Below, in pieces: positions 1 through 12,000 of a stretch of 64,000 nt of DNA. The stretch spans positions 131,752,001 through 131,816,000 of the forward strand of contig CM059432.1 in the NCBI GenBank assembly GCA_030390025.1. The letters run 5' to 3'. This DNA comes from Squalus acanthias (taxonomy: Eukaryota). Position 1 is the first letter of the stretch, and every line of letters starts with the position of its first letter. The notes under the pieces are model-generated. The model was not told the origin of the DNA, searched no databases, and worked only from the letters and a program-made list of their open reading frames with translations. The position numbers and the translations under genes were made by a program.

Positions 1-829
1 TCATCTCCATCTGCCAGCCACCTGTGTTTGAAGTGTAAGCTCATGTAAATCTGGCATGGATGAGTGCATCCCTTGCCTGACGGCCATCAATGTGGTCGCT
101 TGCTGCTGGATTGGCCACATCCGGCCCCGCAAGGCATCACTCCCCATCCTCCTCCTCGTCCTCTTCCCCTTCATCTTCTTCCAAGGAGGCTGTGTGCTGA
201 GCCACTTGTTCATCCGGCAGCACTAAGCCGCACTGCTCTTCCTCCGAATCTGATGACCAGGATGAGAGGATGTAAATAGTTACCATCCCGTTGATATAGA
301 TTTCAGTTGAGGCAAGAAGCTTGCAAGCGCACATTCAAAGTGGCCTGAAATTATTCCAATCAGTTGAAACAGCAGATGTGTGTCAACTTGACCAGTCACA
401 AGGTCAGTAGATTTGCTAAATCTTAACCCAAACCTCCAACAACAAAGTTGTTGCATTTGAATGCCAGCGATGTTACAGGAGCGCTTTTAAAATTCTACAC
501 CAATAATGACTACATATCATGTTCTCCACCAACTCGTCTCCTTGCAGCAGGACTGTTTCTGACAAGACGGGAAACAGGAGCCAGAGGCACGAAAATGGGA
601 AACCTCTATCAAAATAGGATTATCATGGCAGTTAACAGGCTCTTAACTGCCTTAACTACCTGTCCCAACTGGTTGGAGTTGGGTCAGTTTGGGAGCAGCT
701 GAACAGACACTCACGAAAATCGCGTGGGGGCGGGATGGAGGCGGGTTGGGCGTCTGAAGCCATTTTTTCCAATTTTAGCTGCTGACACGCCTCCAATCCC
801 GCCTCCTCAGGGCTGTTAAAATCGAGCCC
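1..829 (-). mobile_element. PIF/Harbinger remnant (transposase C-terminal fragment plus one terminus)
   Basis: Minus strand acidic tract EEDEGEEDEEEDGE followed by DGRQARDALIHARF; terminus AAAATCGAGCCC at 829 resembles the MITE ends at 9548 and 43262. Confidence 0.6.
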
Positions 830-1072
830 TGAACCTCAGGAAAGATATATTGGCCTTGGAGGGGGTACATGCCTATTTGTTTTTCCATATTTGATGGGTA
901 GCAGTGCAGAGATAAGCAGCAAAACGTAATGGCTTCTGAAAGGGAAATTAAAATGTTCCTATATGATTGGTTTAGTGTTTGAACTACGAAATCAAACAAT
1001 TAGGAAAAAAATGAACATCACCTACATTGCACCAATCAGAAGGCTTCAAATCTATAGACACAAAAATATTTT

Positions 1073-1096
1073 TATATATATATATATATATATATA
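1073..1096. repeat. (TA)n microsatellite
   Basis: Direct reading. Confidence 0.9.
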
Positions 1097-3004
1097 GGTT
1101 TGACAGAACAGGCACATGCAACGCAAGAAAGCACACATAGCTTCACATTTGCATGCTATACATATTTAATTTGTCAAGAAACTGTTTATTATATAAATGG
1201 TCGTGGTGTAATGTGTAATTTGTAAGATTAAGTCGAATTTGGAAAATCTGCACACTGCCAATCATTTTCATCTCCGAATATTTATAACTAAGTTGCCCAA
1301 TTTATTGCGAGTTTTGGGCATTATACATGCATCCATTCGATGAAAGACTGTTTCAAGAATTTATCACTAAAATCTGTGTGCGTTAGTTTTAATAATACTC
1401 TTTTGTTGCCACTAGGTTTACATATTTACAGCGCAAGATATATAAAGCCATTGTTGTACAACAGAACATGAATGCCACCAGCTAGGCTGTTCAGGATCAG
1501 AGAATGCGATAAAATAAATTACAAATCGGAAGTACAGCAGTAAAATACCTGCTGATAAGATGTGCAAGACCCGTGTTTTCTTCTTCTTGTCCAGTGGCTG
1601 GATGTTGTGAATTCAAATCATGTCAGTAGCAACTACGTGCGTTTCGTATATATCTCGAAATAAAATATTTAGTTTTGAAATGTCTAATCTGCCACTCATC
1701 TGCCCTTGTTATGTGTTGGTCAAAGTTACCGACACAAGATGTATCGAGATAAATGTAGGTCTCTTTCATCCAGCAGGATGTGAGATAAAGGTGTCTTTCT
1801 CCTCTCACATTCTGATCAGATCCAGAGAATGCACTTCCTTTTGATTTCTCACCTGATAAGGGGCCCTCATGTATTTTTTAAAATCGTGCTTTCACTTATG
1901 GATCTTTGCAATATTGTCCTCTGACATCGGAAGCTTTTACTGATTGCTTTCACAAGAGGACAGCGGTCGAGGGTAGTGTTTTTTTTATAATGTGCTTACC
2001 AAGGGATCCCGGGTCACAAGTGAAAATCCAAGCAGCAAACAACTTGTTGAGGAATTGACACGTTTACCAATTAACTGATAATCAACATTTTGATTTACCT
2101 GTAACTGTTTCGTTTCCCATAAGGGAAGTCGCAATATTTCCACATCCCGCTTGACTTGTCGGTAGAAGTAATTTACAGAAACTCTGATGAAGTGACGGGT
2201 GCTGTGTACCGAGGGGCAAAAACGCCAGTCCCAGCAATGAGAACTTCATTCATGCTGTCCAAAAGCCAAGCTTTTTTTGGACACTCGGAGTGTGTATTGC
2301 AGAACCCCCCAAAAAAGTGGCAGCTTGTACCACAAATTAGAAACTAAAATGTTATATTTGTTTAAAGAATGATCACCCTTATACTGAAGTGGACGGTTAA
2401 CTCTAAATACATATTTATCAGCTATTATATAATATAACGTTCGTCTTTACCGAGGCACAATGTATGTACAGAATAAAATCAATCCGATTGCAACCAATCC
2501 ATACGGTAATTTGCGAGTGCCGGAGGCGTTTTAAGTTTCCATCTGGACCGGCGATCTCGATCTACTCTGTAAATAACCATCGAATAATGATACCGAAGAT
2601 CTGTGGATGCCAACTTCTGAATCACTGATAACCACATTTAACACGTTTAACTACTTTCAGTACACGACAAGTCCTGTTAGATTTTACCACAAATATTGTC
2701 CCCCGTCTAATATTGCACATTCCAACCATGAAGGCGCAACAGTTGTACACTGGACTTCATATCCTTCACCGAGCAAGAATTGCTCATAACAGCGTGTCAC
2801 AATCCCATTTGATATTTATGTAACTGAGCGCATATATTATTACCTTAACATTTTTTTAAAAACCCCAGAAAATACTGGAAATACTCAGCATTTAGCGGAA
2901 GGAGGAAAAAAAACCCAGAGAGTTAATAAGCGCTTCAGGTCGGTGACCGGCTATCGGAGAAAGGTCTGGGGTGACCTCGGTCAGACAAGGTACTGTGGAA
3001 CCAT

Positions 3005-3295
3005 TAAAAGGCGGCGGCGCATCCCGCGGTAACAGCGACACCCGCACACGGGCCATTGCACTGGGGACCGCTCCCTTGCGCCCAGCCCGGGAGCGCGTGC
3101 CGGAAGGTTTGCAGGAGCCGCACAAAGCGCGTGCCGGCACCTGCCCGAGCCCGGGAGCGCGTGCGCCGGGAGGGGGGTGGTGGCTGAGCTCACAATGGCT
3201 GGGCTATAAAGCGCGCCACCGCGGGACGCTCTCGTGCGGCGGCGCGCGGGGATCAGCCAGGGAGAGAGAGAGAGGGGGAGCGCGCGCGCTCAGGG
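3005..3295 (+). promoter_or_regulatory. CpG-rich promoter with TATA box (TATAAA 3205-3210)
   Basis: CpG-dense patch not attributable to a repeat, in an AT-rich background; TATAAA followed by a GC-rich start region, upstream of the collagen exons on the same strand. Confidence 0.7.
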
Positions 3296-3828
3296 CACAG
3301 GGCAGAGGGTGAAGCAGAATAGACTGGAGAGTGTCTGCAGGGCACAGGGCAGCGAAACAGAAAGAAAGAGACCGAGTGTTGAGAAAGACATATAGAAAGG
3401 GTGCGAAAGAGAAAGACTAGGGAGAAAGCAATAGAGTGCAAAGGCCACGCACAGTGAGTGAAATATTTGAGTGCTGGGAGACTGACAGAGAGAGAGAGAG
3501 AGAAAGAGCAGGCACACAAGTGGACAGGTGCACATAGACTTGCAGGGATTGACTAGTCACCAAAAATATATACTGAGTACATAGAGAGAGAAAAAGCGAG
3601 AGAGAGAGAGCAGGACAATCAGGTATAGTGACAGGGATGCAGAGTGACAGGGCATAAAGAGACCAGAGAGTTGTTGGGTGCAGCGATTGAATTGCAAGCA
3701 GCAGTGCAAAGCACCAGAACTCATTGAAGTACCTCAGCAGCGAAGTGACAGAGGGCAGCAACCAGAGCCCCAGCACGAGGATCAGTGAGCCAGCATCCCA
3801 GACTCTCGAGTGCAGCCTGACTTTAACA
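3235..3828 (+). other. Probable non-coding exon 1 (5' UTR) of the collagen gene
   Basis: Begins about 25-30 nt after TATA; purine/GA-rich; one ATG in ~590 nt; donor ACA|GTGAGT at 3829; the first coding exon has an acceptor 5 nt before its ATG, so an upstream exon is required. Confidence 0.6.
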
Positions 3829-4519
3829 GTGAGTGCGTAACTATCTGAAAAGATGCTGTCCTTCCCGTCAAGGATTACTATTTAAAATTAAGGTAGTAAG
3901 AAAACGTGAATATTAAAGTGCCTAACTTTTTTTTGTTTATCGGAATGTTGTGCTATTTAATTAATTACCATATAAATTAGAATTAATAAGTGTTATTCAA
4001 CTTGTAATACATTATTTTGCTAATAGAATACATCACTCAGATTCTTTATTTGCTAACATTACTGTTGCTATAAGACCACTATGTTTTACAATAGTATGCT
4101 TGTTTAAATACTTTTCTGCCAACATTTTCAAGAAACTGTTCATCTGATGTTGTTTGCCAGAATCAATCGCATACAACTCTGTTACCTGTTACAACCCAAC
4201 ATTCGGATTGATATTTTTAAGTACTCTTGCTACAGTTCAAGTAATTCCGGTTGATAGTTTGTGTAGTTAGTACAACACGAACTTGTAAATGGATATCGGA
4301 TGAATTTAATAACATTTGACAGATTTCTTCCTGTTGTCGCCTACGTGTTGCTACAAGACTTGTTCAGTCATCCAAGACAACCACCTTTTCCTACCAGTAC
4401 AGCACAAAATTGAAGTGTCTTGCTTTTAGGGTATTTTGTACAAACAGCACAGAATGCAGAATTTGTAAATTAACTGAAGTTGTCTGGATTTTTTTAAAGC
4501 ACAAAATTACTATTTAGCA

Positions 4520-5590
4520 TGCAATTGTAAAGGGCAGGACATGCTGGGTTAACTTAACTAGTATTTTTGAGGGAAATCATGGCATGTATCGATAAAGGGA
4601 ATGTGGTAAATATATATATGGAATTTCAGAAGGTATTTTATAAGGTGCCACATGAGAGACTTGTTGCAAAAATTTTACATGGTATTAAAGGAACGTAGCC
4701 ACATAGATGGAAAGATGGCTTGGGGAATGGATGTGTTTCAGATTGGCAGGATAATGGATAGTGGTGTGTCCTAGGGACCTGTGCCAAGACCACTTTTGTT
4801 TTCTATTTATATAAATGATTTGGACACAAGAGGAATGATAACAAAGCTTACTGACAATCAAATTAGGGGGGCATGGTGAACTGTGAGGAAGAGGGCAGGA
4901 GGATGTAGACACGTAAACAGAGTGGGCAGACAGGTGGCAATTACAGTTTGAAATAGAAAAGTGTGAAGTAACACATTTTGGGAATAAATAACAGTGAAAC
5001 CCTAAACTGTAAGATTATTAACCAAGAGATCTAGGAGCACATATATATATCTTTAAAGTTGGAAGTATATGCCATTAAAAGGCAAATGGGATTCTGAGTT
5101 TTTTCATGGAGTTTTTGAATGCAAAAGCAACAAAGTGATGTTAAATTTGTGCAAGGCATTGCTAGACCACAGCTGGGGTCTTGTGTGCAGTTCAGTACTC
5201 CTTTACAAGAAGGATGTTAGAGCCATGGAAAGGGTATGAAATGGGAAGAATGGCATGAAAATTTGCATCTTTTTTACTAGACTGGAGAAGGCAAAGGGGG
5301 AAACCTATTGGATATTTTTGAAATTATGGAAGGTTTTGAGAGGGTAAATAGTAAAATGTTATATCCACTGGTTGATAGATTGGCAACAAGGGGGACCTGG
5401 AGTGAGAATTATCACTGGAAGAATGAAGGAGGAGGTTAAGGGATATTTTCTTTACACAGAGGGCTATTGGAGCATGGAATGCTTTACCATATACAAAGAC
5501 TGTCACATCATTTAAGAGAATTGGATAATATCTTGAATAGAAAGAAGATAAAAAGGATGTCGGGAAATAGGATGGGAGTCAATGGGGTTG
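4520..5590 (+). mobile_element. Old degenerate CR1 LINE RT fragment
   Basis: Decayed matches to the CR1 copies elsewhere in the window (FQKxFxKVPH, RPQLxxCVQ, RxWNAL). Confidence 0.65.
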
Positions 5591-6042
5591 AAATTATTCT
5601 GGGCCTGAATTGGGCCTCAGGTCACATCTACATCTTTGGGACGAGCTGCCAGCCCCTGTTGCACCTTCACAGGCAACTCGCCCCACAAGTTTCAGGCTGC
5701 TGGCTACAGCCTTCAAGTCTGTTCTGGGAGGGGGTCAGATCGGGCAATGGGGGACGGCTGATGGCCAGGCCTGTGGAGTCCACAGAAAGGGTTTTAAATT
5801 TAATTTTAAAAACTTGCCTGTAGTTGGCGGCCACAGGGGCGGCTGAAGAATCCTGCCTGCCCCGCTCATTGGGAAAACATTTTGTAGAGGGGCCCTTCAA
5901 CATGTGTTAGGCTCCTCATTAGCACATTTAAGAGGCCTGACGCCTGTTTTAGGCACCGCCCCCAAATTTAACAGTGGGACCAACACCTGTGCAGATTGGT
6001 TGCAATTTCTACCCTTATAGCTCCAGTTGATAGCTGGTAAAA

Positions 6043-6490
6043 AGAAAGACTTGCATTTATATAGCACCTTTTACTGCCTCAGGATATCCCAAAGCACTTT
6101 ACAGCTAATTAAGTACTTTTGACATGTAGTCACTATTGTATTGCAGGAAATGCGGTAGCAAATTTGCGTACAGCAAGGTCCCACAAACAGCAATGTGATA
6201 ATGACCAGATCATCATCTGTTTTAGTGCTGTTGGTTGAGGGATAAATATTGGCCAGGACACCGGGAAGAACTCCCCTGCTCGTCTTTGAATAGTGCCATG
6301 TGATCTTTTACATCCTCCTGAGAGGGCAGATGGGGCCTCGGTTTAACGTCTCATCTGAAAGATGTCACCTCCGACAGTGCAACATTCCCTCAGTACTGCA
6401 CTGGAGTTTCAGCCTAGATTTTGTGCTCAAGTCTCTGGAGTGGGTCTTGAACCCACAACCTTCTGACTCAGAGGCGAGAGTACTACCACG
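6043..6490 (-). mobile_element. tRNA-derived Deu-domain-type SINE (SacSINE1-like)
   Basis: Minus strand head gtggtagtactctcgcctctgagtcagaaggttgtgggttcaagaccc with A/B-box-like motifs; homologous copies at 28094-28472 and 55750-55990. Confidence 0.7.
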
Positions 6491-7737
6491 ACTGACAAAA
6501 ACAAGGCAGAGGCAAAGACCTGATGGGCCAAGTGGCTTCCTTTTGTGTTGTAATTTCTATGATTCTATGATGATTCTTTTGCCCCATTGTTATGTGCAAA
6601 GCAGTTTGGATTTTACATTAATTTTACATGAAAAAATATTGATGCAAACTTTAATGTATTCAATATTTACTCATATTAATGTAAGGGTACATGTGTACTG
6701 CATGTTTAAGTTTAAATAAAGGACATAGCCAGAACTGTATAGTACAAGTCTCCAGAAACCACAATAAGGCTTTGCAGGATCTAATTATTACCTACTTGGG
6801 GTATTGTGTTTAGTTCTGGTCACCATGCTACAAAAGACATAGGTATGCATTGAAGAGGGTGCAGAGAAGAGCAATACGATTAATTCAAAGTGTAAAGGGG
6901 ATGTGCCATGAGGAAAGACTAGAGAAACACAAGCTATTTGTTCTAAAAAAAAGGCGGTTATAGGATACCTTATCCAGGTATATAGGGGTAAACGTTCTAA
7001 GGCTCTGCATGGCACACCTGACCTCACTAGTGGTGCAAATTGGTTCAAATATTGAGGATATGAACTCACATATGGTTGTCATCTCAATTTCCAGTTCAGA
7101 AAGTGTATCTCACTGTAGTCCTGTCAAAACCTGGTTAGTATATGGAAATTATGATAAGATCCCATGGCAGCTTTTGGGTGAGGCTCCACCCACAGCTACC
7201 TAGTCACCCATACAAAGTGGGTGCTTCTTCAACGTGGCCAGGCCCCAAAAGCCTGTCCCTTTTTAAAATATCCACCCACCCACCTTCTCGCCACATGAAC
7301 ATGAACTTTTAGTTTTTCTTCTACTGTTTTCTCAGAGCCTGTTGTATTGAAATTTCCCATGATTAAAGTTCTGGGATGCTGTTCATCACTTGAATATTGA
7401 CTTATCATCCAGGGTCAATGAGGTCAGAAAGAGCGGAATGCAAGAAAATAGAGTATCTACCACTATTACGGTATACGAGGAAAAGAGATGGCCGTTGTCA
7501 CTCACAGCACATTGTACTTACCCCTGTATTATTGTTTAGTTGAAGAATGCAACAATTAACTGCTATCTCTGTTGCCTTCCTGGAAGCAGCTGCACATCCT
7601 CAGGGATTGCATCTCCAGCCACATGCTCATTCCCCTGATTGCTGAAACTCATCAATTTGCTGCATGATGATGTTTCTACAGATGGCTATGTTATGAAGCA
7701 TGCAGCACACAATAACAATTTTGGATACCTTCTCAAG

Positions 7738-9622
7738 GGTATACTGTAAGGTATCGACCAATATCCACTATAAGTCCACTGACTCCCACAGCTACCTTAA
7801 CTACGTCGCTTCCTGTAAGAACTCTATTCCACTCTCCCAGTTTCTCTGTCGCATCTGTTCCGAAGATCCCACCTTCCATGCCAGTGCTTCCAATATGTTT
7901 TCCTTTTTCCTCAACCGAGGATTCCCCTCCACCGTGGTAGACAGGGCCCTCAACCGTGTCCGTTCCATTTCCTGCACTGATGCTCTCACCCCTTCCCCCT
8001 CCATCCCAGAACCACAATAGGGTTCCCCTTGTCCTCACCTTCCATTCCACTAGCCTCCACATTCAATGGATCATCCTCTGCCATTTCTGCCACCTCGCGT
8101 GATCCCACCACCAAACACATCTTCCCATCCCCATTCAGCATTCCGAAGGGACCGTTTCCTTCGCGATACCCTGGTCTACTCCTCTATCACCCCCAACATC
8201 CACTCACTTTCCCACAGCACCTTCCCGTGCAAGTGCAGGAGGTGCAACAGTGATCCTTTTACCTCCTCCCTTCCCACTGTCCAGGGCCCCAAACACTCCT
8301 TCCAGGTGAAACAGCGATTTACTTGTACTTCTTTCAATTTAGTATACTGTGTTCGCTGCTCACGATGCCATCTCTACATTGGGGAGATCAAACGCAAATT
8401 GGGTGACCACTTTGCGGAACACCTCCGCACAGTCCTCAAGCGTGACCCCGAACTTCCGGTCGCCTAATTCTCCGCTCCACTCCCACTCTGACCTCTCTGT
8501 CCTTGGCCTCCTACACTGTTCCAATGAAGCTCAACGTAAGCTTGAGGAACAACACCTCATCTTTCAATTAGGCACTTTACAGCCTTCTGGACTCAACATC
8601 GAGTTCAACAATTTCAGATCGTGATCTCTGCCCCTATTTTTTTGGACGGCAGCTGTTGATGATGATTCTGATATTCACATTTATACCTCCTCTAGACCCA
8701 TCTTTTGTTTGTTTACTTGTCCCATTCTCCTTTTGCCTTGCACCATCATCCCTTTTGTCATTTAACTACTCCTACTTTCCACCCTATCACAGACCTTCCC
8801 TTTTGTTCTTTCCTCCTCTCCCCCTTTCCCAGCCTCTGTATTTTCTTAAAACCCGTTACATCTCTAACCTTTTCCAGTTCTGAAACATTGGGCTGGATTT
8901 TGATACTGGGGCGGGTTGGGGTCATGTCATCTGCTTTTCGTGTTATCCACCCGACTGCAATTGGATGTGGGAGATTGATGCAATTTTCACCTAATTGGGC
9001 AATTGAGTTCCAGCATGTGGGAACCCATGAACCAATTAGTGGTTTCAGTCTGAAAGTCGCCTCTGATGATGTCATCATTGCTGCTGCATTGAAGGTCTAA
9101 GACTGCCTGGCCTTTGCTGTGAGAGGACCTGGATGCAAAATGAGCAGGAGAGAGAGAGAGAGAGAGAGAGAGAATTTTTTTTGCACCACCACTCCCAGAT
9201 ACGGCTCCTCCATCCCAGATGCCTGCCAGCCCCAGTCACTGATAGTCAGCTATCCAAATGTGCTCCCGCCAGGTTTTACAATCGTGTTTCAGAACAGGCG
9301 TGCTTCACGGAGAACAAGGGTTAAAATCACAAAGGCCTTTCAAAATGGCATTATAGAGCCAATTTAGTGCTTGTTAAGAGCCTTAACAGCCTATCCCGTC
9401 TCTTAGAGGTGGGATGGAGTCGGGGCCAGCAGACACGATTTAATGAAAATTGCGTAGAGGCGGACTTGTGCCCGCCCGCCAGTTTTTGCAATTTTAACCC
9501 CCCACACGCCTCCAAACCCGCCTCCACGGGTCAATGAAAATCCAGCCCATTAACTCTGTTTCTCTCTCCACAAATGCTGCCTGACATGCTGAGTATTTCC
9601 AGCACCCGCAGTATTTTGCTTT
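7738..9622 (+). mobile_element. Penelope-like element, 3' part (RT C-terminus and GIY-YIG endonuclease, frameshifted), interrupted by a MITE
   Basis: ORF fragments STNIHYKSTDSHSYL, FTCTSFNLVYCVRCSRCHLYIGE, FAEHLR and RKLEEQHLIFQLGTLQPSGLNIEF. Confidence 0.85.
8890..9548 (+). mobile_element. Harbinger-type MITE family A, copy 1
   Basis: TIR GGGCTGGATTTT...AAAATCCAGCCC; 3-bp TSD ATT; close match to 42574-43262. Confidence 0.9.
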
Positions 9623-9623
9623 A

Positions 9624-11324
9624 CATAGAAACATAGAAACATAGAACATAGGAGCAGGAGTAGGCCATTCAGCCCCTCGAGCCTGCTCCGCCATTCAGTG
9701 AGATCATGGCTGATCATCCAAATTCAGTACCCTGTCCCTGCCTTCTCCCCATATCCCTTGATCCCTTTAGCTTTAAGAAATATATCTAACTCCTTCTTGA
9801 ATATATTTAATGAATTGGCCTCTACTGCCTTCTGTGGTAGAGAATTCCACAGGCTCACCACTCTCTGGGTGAAGAAATTCCTCCTCATCTCAGTCCTAAA
9901 TGCCTTACCCCTTATCCTTAGACTGTGACCCCTGGTTCTGGACTCCCCGGCCATCGGGAACATCCTTCCTGCATCTAGTCTGTCTAGTCCTGTTAGAATT
10001 TTATAAGTTTCAATGAGATCCCCTCTCATTCTTCTAAACTCCAGCGAGTATAAGCCCAATCGACCCAATCTCTCCTCATACGTCATTCCTGCCATCCCAG
10101 GTATCAGCCTGGTGAATCTTCGCTGCACTCCCTCCATGGCAAGAACATCCTTCCTCAGATAAGGCAACCAAAACTGCACACAATACTCAAGATGTGGTCT
10201 CACCAAGGCCCTATACAACTGCAGCAAGACATCCTTGTTCCTGTACTCGAACCCTTTCGCTACGAAGGCCAACATACCATTTGCCTTCTTAACCGCCTGC
10301 TGCACCTGCATGCTTACCTTCAGTGACTGGTGCACAAGGACACCCAGGTCTCGTTGCACTTCCCCTTTTCCCAATCTATTGCCATTCAGATAATAATCTG
10401 CCTCCCTGTTTTTGACACCAAAGTAGATAACCTCGCATTTATCCACATTATATTGCATCTGCCATGCTTCTGCCCAATCACCCAACCTGTCCAAATCATA
10501 CTGGAGTTTCTTGGCATCCTCCTCACGGCACACACTTCCACCCAGCTTTGTGTCGTCTGCAAACTTGGAGATATTACATCCAATTCCCTCGTCTAGATCA
10601 TTAATATATATTGTGAATAGCTGGGGTCAGTACCCCACTAGTCACTGCCTGCCACTCGGAAAAAGACCCATTTATTCCAACTCTTTGCTTTCTGTCTGCC
10701 AACCAGTTCTCTATCCAAGACAGTACCTTACCCCCAATCCCATGTGCTTTAACTTTGCACGCTAATCTCTTATGCGGGACCTTATCGAAAGCCTTCTGAA
10801 AGTCCAAATACACCACATCCACTGGTTCTCCCTTATCTATTTTACCAGTTACATCCTCAAAACATTCCAGTAGATTAGTCAAGCACGATTTACCTTTTGT
10901 AAATCCATGTTGACTTTGTCCGATCCTGTCGCTGTTTTCCAAGTGCTCTGCTATTACATCTTTTATAATGGACTCTAGCATTTTCCCCACTACCGATGTC
11001 AGGCTTACCGGTCTATAATTCCCCGTTTTCTCTCTACCACCTTTTTTGGATAGTGGGGTAACATTAGCTACCCTCCAATCCATGGGTACTGTTCCAGAGT
11101 CTATCGAATTTTGGAAGATGACCAGCAATGCATCTACTATTTCTAGGGCCACTTCCTTAAGTACCCTAGGATGTAGATTATCAGGCCCTGGGGATTTATC
11201 GGCCTTCAATCCCGTCAATTTCCCTAACACTATTTCCCTACAAATACTGATTTCTTTCAGTTCCTCCCTCTCATTAGAGCCTATGTTCCCCGACATCTCT
11301 GGGAGGTTATTTGTGTCCTCCTTT
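9624..11324 (-). mobile_element. CR1 LINE, 5'-truncated (RT)
   Basis: ORFs 10601-11296 and 9724-10533 with [34 protein letters not shown]; octamer 3' tail (ACATAGAA)n on the + strand. Confidence 0.95.
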
Positions 11325-11559
11325 TTTACTCTAAGGTATCTCCTGAGTAGTCAAAGCATTGGAATTGCTGCTCGAGGATGCCAAATGCCTGCTCATTGAG
11401 CACCCTATCCCCACATGACAATCATTGTAATGCTGCTGTGCCCTCATGTGTACACTGCAGACTGATGTCATTAGCCATAAGTGTAGTGTACAGCCGGATT
11501 CACCCAGTTATCATTCATCCAATTTCCTGACCTCATTAAAAAGAGTTAGTGTGTAGTCA

Positions 11560-12000
11560 TTAAAAAGAGATAGTGTGTAGCTATAACCTATCTCCATGCT
11601 TTGCAAGTAAAATCCCTTACAGTTAAGGTAAGGTGTGGTTTTGACGATTGGATCCCCCAATGATAGGGCATCGCTTCGACTGATGGAGGTCTAATGGTTA
11701 AGTGGGAGCAATCTATCAATCCTTGCACCCTTGGGAAATTGGCAATTTTGTAGAAGCCCTGTTGCTCTTTGCCAAATTGGATATACAAGTGGTCGTCACC
11801 GAAAAGAGCCTCCGGGACCCTATGAATGCTGTGCTGTGCGGAGCAATGTTTGACTCCTGTCATGTCCTATGGGGCAACCTGAGGCATAGAAATTCAGAGC
11901 CAAAGGCTAACTGGGGAATGATCCTTCAGCTCTACTTGTATGCGATGGCACAACTTGGTAACCACATCCCTGCTGAACTGTTGCTTCTGCCTGCATTAGT
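11560..12000 (-). mobile_element. Degenerate Harbinger (HARBI1-like) transposase fragment
   Basis: GFYKIANFPRVQGLIDCSH in ORF 11588-11863. Confidence 0.7.

Noticed and set aside
1540..2350. Possible exons of a divergent minus-strand gene (several donor-like sites, short ORFs)
   Set aside because: No consistent open frame or recognisable protein; a lncRNA cannot be excluded or supported
6440..6490. tRNA-like sequences here and at 15630-15702
   Set aside because: SINE heads attached to SINE bodies; no complete cloverleaf
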